A DNA stretch of 64,000 nt from a virus (IMGVR_UViG_3300021431_002946:32001-96000); one strand, 5' to 3'; shown: positions 1-8,711, counted from the first letter of the stretch. Made by a program: numbers and translations. Notes: a model not told the origin generated them from the letters alone.

Positions 1-2
1 AT

Positions 3-326
3 CCAGGTTGTTTTGATGACCCTAATCATACTTTCATTGACCCTTATATGAAGTCTGGTCTTTATATTACTGAAATTGTCACTAGACTTTTCAATAATGA
101 AAATATAAAGAAAGCTTATCCTAATGATGAAGAAAGACTAAAACATATCTTTGAAAAACAAGTATATGGTTTAGCTCCTACTGAGATTCTTTACAAAATA
201 ACAACTAACTTCATATTTGGTTTTGATAAAGACAATAAATATGATAGAAGTCATTTTGTTCAGTTAGACGCTAATGAATATGTTGGTGGTAAACTACAAG
301 AAAAATTGGATGAAATTTTTAAGTAA
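3..326 (+). CDS. C-terminal end of a probable restriction-modification/helicase-methyltransferase-like protein (5' partial)
   Basis: Frame is open from the window start; PGCFDDPNHTFIDPYMKSG resembles a methyltransferase motif I (FxDPxxxSG). Confidence 0.55.
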   Translation, partial: PGCFDDPNHTFIDPYMKSGLYITEIVTRLFNNENIKKAYPNDEERLKHIFEKQVYGLAPTEILYKITTNFIFGFDKDNKYDRSHFVQLDANEYVGGKLQEKLDEIFK

Positions 327-343
327 TGTAAAAGGAGAATGAT

Positions 344-814
344 ATGGATTTATTTTATTTAAGCAAAGGTGGTCCTTATGGAGATCCTATAGCTGAAATT
401 TGTGAATATAAAAATGGCTATCTCTTAAAATGCTTTGGACCAGAAGAAATTTGCTTATCATTTGACTATATCTCTAAAAAAGATGGAGATGAGTTAATTA
501 AATATAAAGATAATCCTGATAAAGCATTTGATGAATGCGGAGCAGAAGAAGTCTTTAGACATAATTATATCAGGCTTAAAGAATACGTTGGATATAATGA
601 TATTATTCAAGCTATCGTTTCTATTCATGGAGATGACATAGCTAAATTTATGAACCAAGTTGCACTTAAAATGAATATGGATGACTTCTTTGATTTTATG
701 GAAGAAGATCTTGAAAAAGACTTTGATGATGTAGATGACTTTATGAAAGAAATTAAAGAAAAATCTACTTTCTTTGAACAGTGTAATATGTATGACTGGT
801 ATAAACACGCTTAA
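344..814 (+). CDS. hypothetical protein
   Basis: ORF with AAAGGAG SD. Confidence 0.7.
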   Translation: MDLFYLSKGGPYGDPIAEICEYKNGYLLKCFGPEEICLSFDYISKKDGDELIKYKDNPDKAFDECGAEEVFRHNYIRLKEYVGYNDIIQAIVSIHGDDIAKFMNQVALKMNMDDFFDFMEEDLEKDFDDVDDFMKEIKEKSTFFEQCNMYDWYKHA

Positions 815-832
815 ATAAAAGTAAATAATGTA

Positions 833-864
833 AAAGGCTAGATATAAAAGTCTAGTCTTTATTT
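833..864 (+). terminator. probable intrinsic terminator
   Basis: AAAGGCTAGA..TCTAGTCTTT hairpin followed by T-rich tract. Confidence 0.5.
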
Positions 865-877
865 TAAAGGAGAATAT

Positions 878-1318
878 ATGATTAATGAGATTGACTTAAT
901 GCTTAATTTTACTAACGAGAAATATCAAAAAGAATTTGATGAAAAAGTTAGAAAAGAACAAATAATGACTATGTCAGATCATTTTTATCAAAAAAGTAGA
1001 GATCTAGGTACAATTAGATATTTCTTTGGAGGCTATAGAGATGGAGTAGATTGGGATGGTCACTATAAAATAAATGTTTTCTTTAGTGAAGAAAATTCTA
1101 TAGGTTTATCTATTTTTAAGCCTATAAGTAGATTAATGAATACTAAAAAATTCTATGATCAGTTTAAGAAAGATCTTAGAGAATACATTGAATTTTTAAA
1201 TAAAAATTGTAAAGAATTTAAAGAATTAGGAGATGAACCTGTATTTAGTACCAAAAATATAGAAAAAATAGTTCAATCTGCAGAATACTCAGAGGGTCAT
1301 AGAAAAGTATTTGAATGA
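878..1318 (+). CDS. hypothetical protein
   Basis: ORF with AAAGGAG SD. Confidence 0.7.
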   Translation: MINEIDLMLNFTNEKYQKEFDEKVRKEQIMTMSDHFYQKSRDLGTIRYFFGGYRDGVDWDGHYKINVFFSEENSIGLSIFKPISRLMNTKKFYDQFKKDLREYIEFLNKNCKEFKELGDEPVFSTKNIEKIVQSAEYSEGHRKVFE

Positions 1319-1345
1319 GGGTGTAATTATTACTAAATTAGTTCA

Positions 1346-1374
1346 ATTGTCTCCATACATACGGAGGTTATTTT
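1346..1374 (+). repeat. solitary type I-E-like CRISPR repeat
   Basis: ATTGTCTCCATACATACGGAGGTTATTTT, near-identical to array repeats at 3968/4029; no neighbouring repeat at +/-61 nt. Confidence 0.8.
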
Positions 1375-1405
1375 TAAAAAACTTAAAATGAAAGGAATTA
1401 CTTAA

Positions 1406-2434
1406 ATGTTTTCTACATTTTTAAATATAGGTCTTATCTTATCTATAGGGCTTTTAGTTTTATTTTGTAAAACTAAGAAACCATTATATTGGAATTTATT
1501 TTTAAGTTTAATTATTTGTAGATTAGTTACAACTAATTTTTTATATGCTCGTCTTGTCTCAGACGATACTGTTAATAATAATAGAGATGCTGTAATGATG
1601 ATAGGTGCAACAGCCATAACCTATATTTCTTCTATAATTTTACTTATAATTGGTATTACAAAAAAGAAAGAATATAAAGTTAGTGCTAAGTTAGACAGAA
1701 ATTTTTTCTTGATGTCTGCTGGTTATATTTTAATTGGATCAATGCTTTTCTTTATTATCCCAGGTATTTCTACAGCCATTATAATTAAAAGAATACCTAA
1801 AAATATTACAGATTATTTTGAAAAAACCTTTAATGATTATTCTGTAGAAGTAGTAAGTATTGACAAAAATTTTCCTTCTTATGATAGTTATGAAGTAACA
1901 ATCAAGACTGATTTAGTAGATAATGATTGTAGAGTTTATACAGACTTAGATGGTAATATGTCTCATTTAGAACATAACTTTCTTGCTAAATATTTTTATA
2001 AAAAGTATGGCTATACCAAGACTTATGACGTAGAGTATAAAGCTGCAGATGGATCTTATATGATATATATGAATATATATTCATATGATTTAGATCATAT
2101 ACCAACTTTAAATGAAGTAATTGAAAATGGTGATGTATATTTAAACATATACATAGATGAAGATACTGCATTAGAATATGATAATTATGATCGAATCAAA
2201 TTTATCGCAGAGACATCCATCAAAGCTTTAAATAATATGGAAATTACTAAAGATTTTAGTTTTAAGTTCATAGGATTGGGGACTTTTGAATATAAAGTTA
2301 CTAAAAAGAATAATACTTTAACAATAAAAGGTTATGATTTTGACACAGATGATTTAGATCAAGATTATGAATATAAGACTTATGTTTATAATATAGACAC
2401 AAAAAATATAGTAGAAATAGAAGAAGGAGAATAA
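1406..2434 (+). CDS. membrane protein (about 4 N-terminal TM segments, soluble C-terminal domain)
   Basis: Hydrophobic N-terminal stretches; SD GAAAGGA. Confidence 0.7.
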   Translation: MFSTFLNIGLILSIGLLVLFCKTKKPLYWNLFLSLIICRLVTTNFLYARLVSDDTVNNNRDAVMMIGATAITYISSIILLIIGITKKKEYKVSAKLDRNFFLMSAGYILIGSMLFFIIPGISTAIIIKRIPKNITDYFEKTFNDYSVEVVSIDKNFPSYDSYEVTIKTDLVDNDCRVYTDLDGNMSHLEHNFLAKYFYKKYGYTKTYDVEYKAADGSYMIYMNIYSYDLDHIPTLNEVIENGDVYLNIYIDEDTALEYDNYDRIKFIAETSIKALNNMEITKDFSFKFIGLGTFEYKVTKKNNTLTIKGYDFDTDDLDQDYEYKTYVYNIDTKNIVEIEEGE

Positions 2435-2439
2435 AAAAT

Positions 2440-2799
2440 ATGAAAATTAATGAATTAGTAAAACTTTTAGAAAATCGTATGGAACATCCTGATAATGATA
2501 TAGTTGCTATTATAGATGGTGGTTTTATGTGTGTAGGCTATGGTGGAGAATATAAAGTACCTATTCCTGAATTAGGAAATTCTAAAATACTAGAGCCATT
2601 CTATGAAAAATATCCTGGTCGTAAAGTGCGCCATATAGAAACATTTTATGGACATCTTGTTCTTACTGTAGATATTCCTCACCCTTATAAAGACACTTCA
2701 TTTGATTATAGCTTTATAGTAATTGATAAAGATGGAAATGTAAGTAAACCTCTTAATGAGTGGTCTGATGTTCAAAAAGAAACTGGTTATTGGCGATAA
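2440..2799 (+). CDS. hypothetical protein
   Basis: ORF with AAGGAG SD. Confidence 0.7.
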   Translation: MKINELVKLLENRMEHPDNDIVAIIDGGFMCVGYGGEYKVPIPELGNSKILEPFYEKYPGRKVRHIETFYGHLVLTVDIPHPYKDTSFDYSFIVIDKDGNVSKPLNEWSDVQKETGYWR

Positions 2800-2957
2800 G
2801 AAAAATAAATTATAAGAAATAAATTTGTGTTACTTGATCTAGGCTATTTCAAGAACTAGCAAGCATGTTGAAATATAGAAAATATAGTAGACAACTTATT
2901 GAAATTTTTTGTATAGAATTTAAACAAAATGATATTTACAAACGAAAGGAAGATAAA

Positions 2958-3674
2958 GTGAAAAAGACAATAAAAAATATTAATGGTGGTACTGAATTAA
3001 AACATGTAATTGGTCCGTTATATATTAAAAAAACATTAAAACATTTTAATTTTCCTGATGGTGACACAATTAAAAGAATACTTATTAGTATATTTATTAT
3101 AGTAATTGGTATAGGTGTTATTATTGAAATGTTGTCTTTTAATAATAAAGATATTGATACTTTAGTACATAATAAATATTCTAATTGTGTAATTAATAAA
3201 ACAGGATATGAATATACTGATTGGTCTAGTAGTGTAAGAATAACAGATGATATTAATAAGGCAGAAATAGCAAAAGTACACATAACTACAGATACTGAAG
3301 AAAGAGTATTATACTTTGAAAAAAAATCTTCTTTATTAAATAATTTAATTTTCCATAAAATAGCATTTAAGGAAATAGGAGATTATCCTAAATATTGTAT
3401 ACCAGAGAAATATGTTGAAACTGCACAAAATGTATATTGGGAAGACATCATATTTAAAGTAAATTCAGAGGGTACATTTGCATATAATTATAAAGATAAT
3501 ACTGGATGGGAAAAAGTTGACACTTTTAATTTTTCTTATCCAGAAATGTGTTTCCATAATGATTATTATGCTGGACAATCATATATATTTATATCTAAAG
3601 AAGAAGCTTATAAAAAAATTCAAAAATTAATTGAGGAAAACGCTAAAGACACTTTTGATAAAGGTGTAGAATAA
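2958..3674 (+). CDS. single-pass membrane protein
   Basis: TM segment ILISIFIIVIGIGVII; GTG start at 2958 after AAAGGAAG preferred over 2865. Confidence 0.6.
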   Translation: MKKTIKNINGGTELKHVIGPLYIKKTLKHFNFPDGDTIKRILISIFIIVIGIGVIIEMLSFNNKDIDTLVHNKYSNCVINKTGYEYTDWSSSVRITDDINKAEIAKVHITTDTEERVLYFEKKSSLLNNLIFHKIAFKEIGDYPKYCIPEKYVETAQNVYWEDIIFKVNSEGTFAYNYKDNTGWEKVDTFNFSYPEMCFHNDYYAGQSYIFISKEEAYKKIQKLIEENAKDTFDKGVE

Positions 3675-3693
3675 CTATAAAGGAGAATAAATT

Positions 3694-3837
3694 ATGAAAA
3701 TGTTAAAAGATGCAATCTATGAATATGACACAGTAATGTGTAGTACATATGATGATAGTGACTCATATAGTTCTGAAGGTTCAGATGATTATACAGGTGG
3801 TCCTGATGGTACTGATACTAGTGGTGGAAGAGACTAG
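3694..3837 (+). CDS. orphan RiPP precursor-like peptide (47 aa)
   Basis: AAAGGAG SD; MKMLKDAIYEYDTVMCSTYDDSDSYSSEGSDDYTGGPDGTDTSGGRD; leader and core resemble peptides at 8339-8711. Confidence 0.7.
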   Translation: MKMLKDAIYEYDTVMCSTYDDSDSYSSEGSDDYTGGPDGTDTSGGRD

Positions 3838-3845
3838 GATTAATA

Positions 3846-4117
3846 ATTATCTCTGTGCATACGGAGGTTATTCCAATTGGCTGCATAATCTCGGATGCTT
3901 GTCATAATTGTCTCCGTACACACGGAGGTTATTCCAAGCTCTTACTGGACGTAAGATAAGTGAAGAAATTGTCTCCATACACACGGAGGTTATTCTCATG
4001 GAAATAGCAAAACAAATTTTAATTGTATATTGTCTCCATGCATACGGAGGTTATTCTAAGTACCTTAAAGGTCTTATTCAAAGGGTACATTTTCTTATAT
4101 ATAGAAGGTTAATAATT
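3846..4117 (+). CRISPR. CRISPR array, type I-E-like (4 repeats + 1 degenerate, 4 spacers)
   Basis: 29-nt repeats ATTRTCTCYRTRCAYACGGAGGTTATTCY at 3846, 3907, 3968, 4029 (61-nt period), degenerate copy at ~4089; unique 31-32 nt spacers; CTCCGT/ACGGAG hairpin. Confidence 0.9.
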
Positions 4118-5263
4118 ATTTAAGATCTTTGCTGATATAGGATTACGTTTTAACTTTCTTAAAGCGATATGCTCAATTCGATTAATTCTTTCTTTAGATA
4201 TATTTAGCATGCTTCCAATCTGCTTTACTGTTTTTGGAACACCATCATAGAGACCATATCTATGTCTAATTATTATTGCTTCTTTATTTGTCAGTACTTT
4301 ATCAATTGCACTATTTAAATCAATTCTAAGTTGTGATCTTTCTGCTAACTTTTCAGCAGAATCTACACCAGCAGGAATGAAATCAATAATTTCATCATCG
4401 TCATCTTCATTGACTGATTTAGATAAAGACACTAGATTAGAATTATCCCAATAGTTTAGTATAGTTTCTATGTCTTTAGCTGTATAGTTCTTTTTTACAT
4501 TATATAGTATTTTATTATCATTGCAGTATTTAGCAATCATTTCATATGTAGGCTCTATACCATTATTATTATCTGCGTATGCTTTAATATATTTTTTTAC
4601 AAGCATAGCAATTTCAACTATATAGACTGGTAATCTAATGGTTCTAAAATTATTAGAGATTGCTCTTAAAATACCTTGTCTAATCCACCAAGTAGCATAA
4701 GTACTAAATCTACTAATATTTGGATTAAATTTATCGACTGCCTTTATTAAGCCAATATTGCCTTCTTGAATTAGATCATCAATAGACATTGCTCCACTAG
4801 TATATAAAGCATATTTCTTTGCAATAACAACAACCAATCCTAAATTATGCTCTACTAATTCATTAAGAGCATCTTTGTCTCCTTGTTGAGCTTTAAGAGC
4901 TAGTTCAGTTTCTCTTTCTTTAGAAAGAGTTGAAGCGTCGATATTATCTAAATCTTTAAGATATGCAGATAAATTAGAATAGAATGAAGTTTCTTTATCA
5001 ACATCTTCATCAATAACATTGTTAATAAATTCATCAAATATATCAGCATTAATTTCTTCTGTCTGTGTACTAGACTTAACAGAAGATTTATTTAATATTA
5101 CTATATCAAGAGACTTTAAATAGTTGATCGCATTATTTAACTGACCATCAGTTCTAAATTCTTTATTGGTCCACAATAAAGTCTTAAGATCATCTAAAAA
5201 AATTTCTTTTTTAGGTAAATTTTTTACAATGTTGTCTAGTCTCTTTTTTAGTCGATTATTCAT
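4109..5263 (-). CDS. RpoD/SigA-like sigma-70 factor
   Basis: Region 2 (HNLGLVVVIAKKY, DDLIQEGNIGLIKAVDKF, RFSTYATWWIRQ), RTIRLP, region 4 HTH (SKERINRIEHIALRKLK). Confidence 0.95.
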   Translation of the reverse strand: MNNRLKKRLDNIVKNLPKKEIFLDDLKTLLWTNKEFRTDGQLNNAINYLKSLDIVILNKSSVKSSTQTEEINADIFDEFINNVIDEDVDKETSFYSNLSAYLKDLDNIDASTLSKERETELALKAQQGDKDALNELVEHNLGLVVVIAKKYALYTSGAMSIDDLIQEGNIGLIKAVDKFNPNISRFSTYATWWIRQGILRAISNNFRTIRLPVYIVEIAMLVKKYIKAYADNNNGIEPTYEMIAKYCNDNKILYNVKKNYTAKDIETILNYWDNSNLVSLSKSVNEDDDDEIIDFIPAGVDSAEKLAERSQLRIDLNSAIDKVLTNKEAIIIRHRYGLYDGVPKTVKQIGSMLNISKERINRIEHIALRKLKRNPISAKILNNY

Positions 5264-5283
5264 GTTAAAACCTTTTTATTTTT

Positions 5284-5312
5284 ATTATATAATAAAAATA
5301 TTTTTTAGTAAA
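5284..5312 (-). promoter_or_regulatory. sigmaA-type promoter of the sigma gene
   Basis: TTTACT-17 nt-TATAAT on the minus strand. Confidence 0.6.
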
Positions 5313-5315
5313 ATA

Positions 5316-5583
5316 AATATTTTCAATTTTGGAGGTTTTTCTTTGACTGAGGGAAAGTGTTTTACGCGGTAATTATTATCTCTATATTTTTTGGAGGTTA
5401 TTCGATCCCATTCTCAGAATCATAATAAAGCTCACAATTATCTCCATATTTTGGAGGTTTTTCTTAGCGATCTAGACAGTTGAACTACTCGCAAGTATTT
5501 TCCAAATTTTTGGAAGTCATTCAAGCATATTGCCACCAACAAAAATTGATATAAATTACTTCCATTTTAGTGGAAGATAAATT
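5316..5583 (+). CRISPR. degenerate CRISPR-like array (5 repeats, 4 spacers)
   Basis: Repeat variants at ~5316, 5375, 5437, 5495, 5555 (e.g. ATTATCTCCATATTTTGGAGGTTTTTCT), 30-32 nt unique spacers, hairpin retained. Confidence 0.75.
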
Positions 5584-5639
5584 TTTAAAGAAGGAATATT
5601 TAATATAAATAATAATAAAAAATTGAAAGGACGCAAAAA

Positions 5640-6728
5640 ATGTCAAAAAATATATTACAAGTAGTTAAAGATTTAACAAAAACTCAAAAAGATATTTCAA
5701 ATATGTTACCAATTATTGCAAAATATGACTCTGCCACAGATACACTTTGGAATTTTATACCTTTAGGTATGGCAATAGACTCAAATGAGGTTATAAAACC
5801 TATTGGTTGGTATTTAAATGACCAAAACATAAGTGAAGATTATATTGATACAGTACCAAGTACAACGTTACTTTTAGTTGGTGGAAAAGGATCTGGTAAA
5901 AATGTAGTCCAAGATTTAATTATTCAACATGTAAATGAATTTGCATCTAGAATGCAATTAATTGGTGTTGATCTTGATCGCACTGAATTTATTGGTCCTA
6001 ATATTCTTAATAGATTTAGTGGTGGTGTATTAAATGATATTAACTCAATTGCTGAATCATTAGATAAATTACAAGCACTCATGATGACTAGATTTAAGTT
6101 AATGCTAAAAGCACAAGTTAATAATATTTATAAAGTTGATGCAACTAAGATAAAAGTAGATTATTATAATATAGAAGGTATAGGTAAAGTTCAATTTGAT
6201 GAAATATTATCTATAAAAATTAATGATCAATCTTTATCTTTATCTGCTAGAGATTTTTATAATTTATTTATTGATAGTGAAGAAGAAACTATGATTGTTA
6301 ATGATATTAAAATTACTCAAAATGATATTACACAATTTTTCTCAAATTATAAATCTTCAACAATTATATGTATGATTAATGACATTAATATAATTAATAA
6401 TTATGATGATTACAATACAGTTAAATTTATTTATGAAAAAATAGGTTCTATTGCTAGATTAGGTAGAGCATCTGGTATACATCTTATTATTGGTTGTAAA
6501 AGATGTTCAAGATCTACAATTTCAGCTGATTTACAAAATAATATTGGAACACGAGTAGTATTTGGAATATTTGATGATGTTACAAGTAATATAGTATTTG
6601 AACAAGATATTTCTGATTATTGTAGACCTGAAATTAAAGGTAGAGCATTTATTACAGATTGTGGTTCAAATATTTATGAATCACAAACATTATATACTGA
6701 TTTTCAGATTAAAATAACTAGCTTGTAA
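5640..6728 (+). CDS. FtsK/SpoIIIE-like P-loop ATPase
   Basis: Walker A GGKGSGKN; IARLGRASGIHLII and KGRA motifs. Confidence 0.8.
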   Translation: MSKNILQVVKDLTKTQKDISNMLPIIAKYDSATDTLWNFIPLGMAIDSNEVIKPIGWYLNDQNISEDYIDTVPSTTLLLVGGKGSGKNVVQDLIIQHVNEFASRMQLIGVDLDRTEFIGPNILNRFSGGVLNDINSIAESLDKLQALMMTRFKLMLKAQVNNIYKVDATKIKVDYYNIEGIGKVQFDEILSIKINDQSLSLSARDFYNLFIDSEEETMIVNDIKITQNDITQFFSNYKSSTIICMINDINIINNYDDYNTVKFIYEKIGSIARLGRASGIHLIIGCKRCSRSTISADLQNNIGTRVVFGIFDDVTSNIVFEQDISDYCRPEIKGRAFITDCGSNIYESQTLYTDFQIKITSL

Positions 6729-6809
6729 AAAGATATAAAGAGTATAAGAAAACTTATAATATTAATTAAGGTTATTTAAAAGAATTGTTTTATTTATAAG
6801 ATATATAAA

Positions 6810-6899
6810 ATTATCTCCAAATTAATAGAGGTTATTCGGACATATAAAGACACAAATTCGGTGACGATATATTTCTCCATTATAAATGGAGGATTATTT
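6810..6899 (+). CRISPR. CRISPR-like mini-array (2 degenerate repeats, 1 spacer)
   Basis: ATTATCTCCAAATTAATAGAGGTTATTCG and TATTTCTCCATTATAAATGGAGGATTATT about 60 nt apart. Confidence 0.6.
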
Positions 6900-6923
6900 T
6901 TATTAAGAAAGGAAATTAAATAA

Positions 6924-8195
6924 ATGAAGTATAAGACATCAAAATACAATATTATAGTAAAAGAAACTGAAGAAGGAACAATTGTTTATAATTCATACTC
7001 AGGTGGTATAAGTGAATTTGATCCTCAGTCATATCAAGATTTGATTAATGTAAATGAAGATAGTGAATATTTTCAAGAAATGATTAAGCAAGGTTTTCTT
7101 GTACCTGAAGGATTAGATGAGTTTGGTAGAATAATGGATTCGCACCATAAATATATTTTTAATAGTACTCCAGATAAAATGCAATTTACAATTGCTCCAA
7201 CACTTAAGTGTCCTTTGAATTGTTATTATTGTTTTGAAAATACTCATAATGGAAAGATAATGAGTATGGAAACAGCAGAAAAATTAACTAATTACATTAT
7301 AAATTCTATAGATAAAAATGCAAATTGTAAACAAGTACATATTACTTGGTTTGGTGGAGAGCCATTGCTTGCAGTTGATATTATTAAGTATATTGGTACA
7401 AGATTAGTTGAATTTTGTGCTTCTAAAAATATAATGTATACTGGTAAAATGATAACAAACGGAGTTCTTTTTAAGAATGAAGTATTTGATGATCTTATTG
7501 CAAATAAAGTAATGAATAGTATTCAGTTTACTTTAGATGGTAATGAAGAAACTTTCATTAAAACTAAACGTGGAATTCCTGGTATGTTTGAAAAGAATCT
7601 TAATGGTATTAAGTATGCGTCTAAATTTATTGAAACTTATGTTAGAATGAATACTACAAGTAAGAATCAAGAAGAACTTTTAGAAATAGTTGAAGATATT
7701 TTAAAAGATGTAGATACAGATCATAGATTAGTATTTTATGCGATGCCAGTAGTTGATTATGGTATGGATGATGATAATGCTAAAAATGTTATTAATGAAA
7801 CAATGATACATGATTTTAGAGTAAAAGTTGTTGAGTTATTAAAGAAATATGATATGTATAAGTATTATGTATCACATGACATTAGAACTCTTGCTGCATT
7901 CTGTGGTGCAATGAGATTGACAAATATTACCTTTGGTCCTGATGGTGAAATGTATAGATGTGAAAATCTTATTGGAAATGATAAATATATTATTGGTAAC
8001 TTAGAGCAAGGTCAATTCTATAATGAAGCAAATTATGAGCTTCCTATGTGTAAAGTAGAAGATAAATGTAAAGAATGTCCTTTCTTACCTGTATGTTGGG
8101 GTGGATGTCCTGTACATGCTCATATTTATCATCAAGAATTTGACTGTGAAGGATTTAAGAAGAACTTTGCAGATAAATTATTAAATAGAATATGA
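6924..8195 (+). CDS. radical SAM/SPASM peptide maturase
   Basis: CPLNCYYC, WFGGEPLL, SPASM Cys cluster CKECPFLPVCWGGCP, N-terminal RRE-like segment. Confidence 0.95.
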   Translation: MKYKTSKYNIIVKETEEGTIVYNSYSGGISEFDPQSYQDLINVNEDSEYFQEMIKQGFLVPEGLDEFGRIMDSHHKYIFNSTPDKMQFTIAPTLKCPLNCYYCFENTHNGKIMSMETAEKLTNYIINSIDKNANCKQVHITWFGGEPLLAVDIIKYIGTRLVEFCASKNIMYTGKMITNGVLFKNEVFDDLIANKVMNSIQFTLDGNEETFIKTKRGIPGMFEKNLNGIKYASKFIETYVRMNTTSKNQEELLEIVEDILKDVDTDHRLVFYAMPVVDYGMDDDNAKNVINETMIHDFRVKVVELLKKYDMYKYYVSHDIRTLAAFCGAMRLTNITFGPDGEMYRCENLIGNDKYIIGNLEQGQFYNEANYELPMCKVEDKCKECPFLPVCWGGCPVHAHIYHQEFDCEGFKKNFADKLLNRI

Positions 8196-8203
8196 GGTTA
8201 TAT

Positions 8204-8308
8204 ATGAAAATAATTAAAGCGGCAACATTTTTAAACTATGATGCTGCAATCTGTGAAGGTTGTGACTGTATTGGCGGCGGCTGCTTAGAAAATTCAACTC
8301 CCTTTTGA
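8204..8308 (+). CDS. RiPP precursor peptide 1a (34 aa)
   Basis: GAGG SD; MKIIKAATFLNYDAAICEGCDCIGGGCLENSTPF. Confidence 0.8.
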   Translation: MKIIKAATFLNYDAAICEGCDCIGGGCLENSTPF

Positions 8309-8338
8309 TAGAACTATACTAATAAGGAGGAAAACAAG

Positions 8339-8446
8339 ATGAAGACAATTAAAGAAGCTGAATTTGCTATTATTGATGCTGAATACTGTGATGGTTGCGA
8401 CCAGGTTTCAGATTGGACAGGAACTTGTCGTGGTACTGATCAGTAA
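8339..8446 (+). CDS. RiPP precursor peptide 1b (35 aa)
   Basis: AAGGAGG SD; MKTIKEAEFAIIDAEYCDGCDQVSDWTGTCRGTDQ. Confidence 0.9.
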   Translation: MKTIKEAEFAIIDAEYCDGCDQVSDWTGTCRGTDQ

Positions 8447-8470
8447 CACATTAGAAAGGAGATTTTTCAT

Positions 8471-8578
8471 ATGAAAACTATAAAAGAAGCAGATTATAAG
8501 ATCTACGATGTAGAATTCTGTGAAGGTTGTGATCAGGTTTCTGAGTATACCGGAGCATGCTACGGAACAGATCAATAA
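8471..8578 (+). CDS. RiPP precursor peptide 1c (35 aa)
   Basis: AAAGGAG SD; MKTIKEADYKIYDVEFCEGCDQVSEYTGACYGTDQ. Confidence 0.9.
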   Translation: MKTIKEADYKIYDVEFCEGCDQVSEYTGACYGTDQ

Positions 8579-8597
8579 TTTATGAAAGGAGTTCAGT

Positions 8598-8711
8598 ATG
8601 AAAAAGATTAAAGAAGCAGATTTTAAGATTTTGGATGCTGAATATTGCAATGGCTGCGATAACGTTTCAAGTTATACAGGTGGATGCCACACTTCAGATC
8701 AGAATAACTAA
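8598..8711 (+). CDS. RiPP precursor peptide 1d (37 aa)
   Basis: AAAGGAG SD; MKKIKEADFKILDAEYCNGCDNVSSYTGGCHTSDQNN. Confidence 0.9.
   Translation: MKKIKEADFKILDAEYCNGCDNVSSYTGGCHTSDQNN

Noticed and set aside
3908-4123. 71-aa ORF on + strand
   Set aside because: Lies entirely within the CRISPR array; no SD
6860-6870. Mini-array spacer shares GGTGACGATAT with the minus strand near 12124-12134
   Set aside because: Only 11 nt and flanks do not match; compatible with chance
8408-8650. 80-aa minus-strand ORF
   Set aside because: Antisense shadow of the precursor genes
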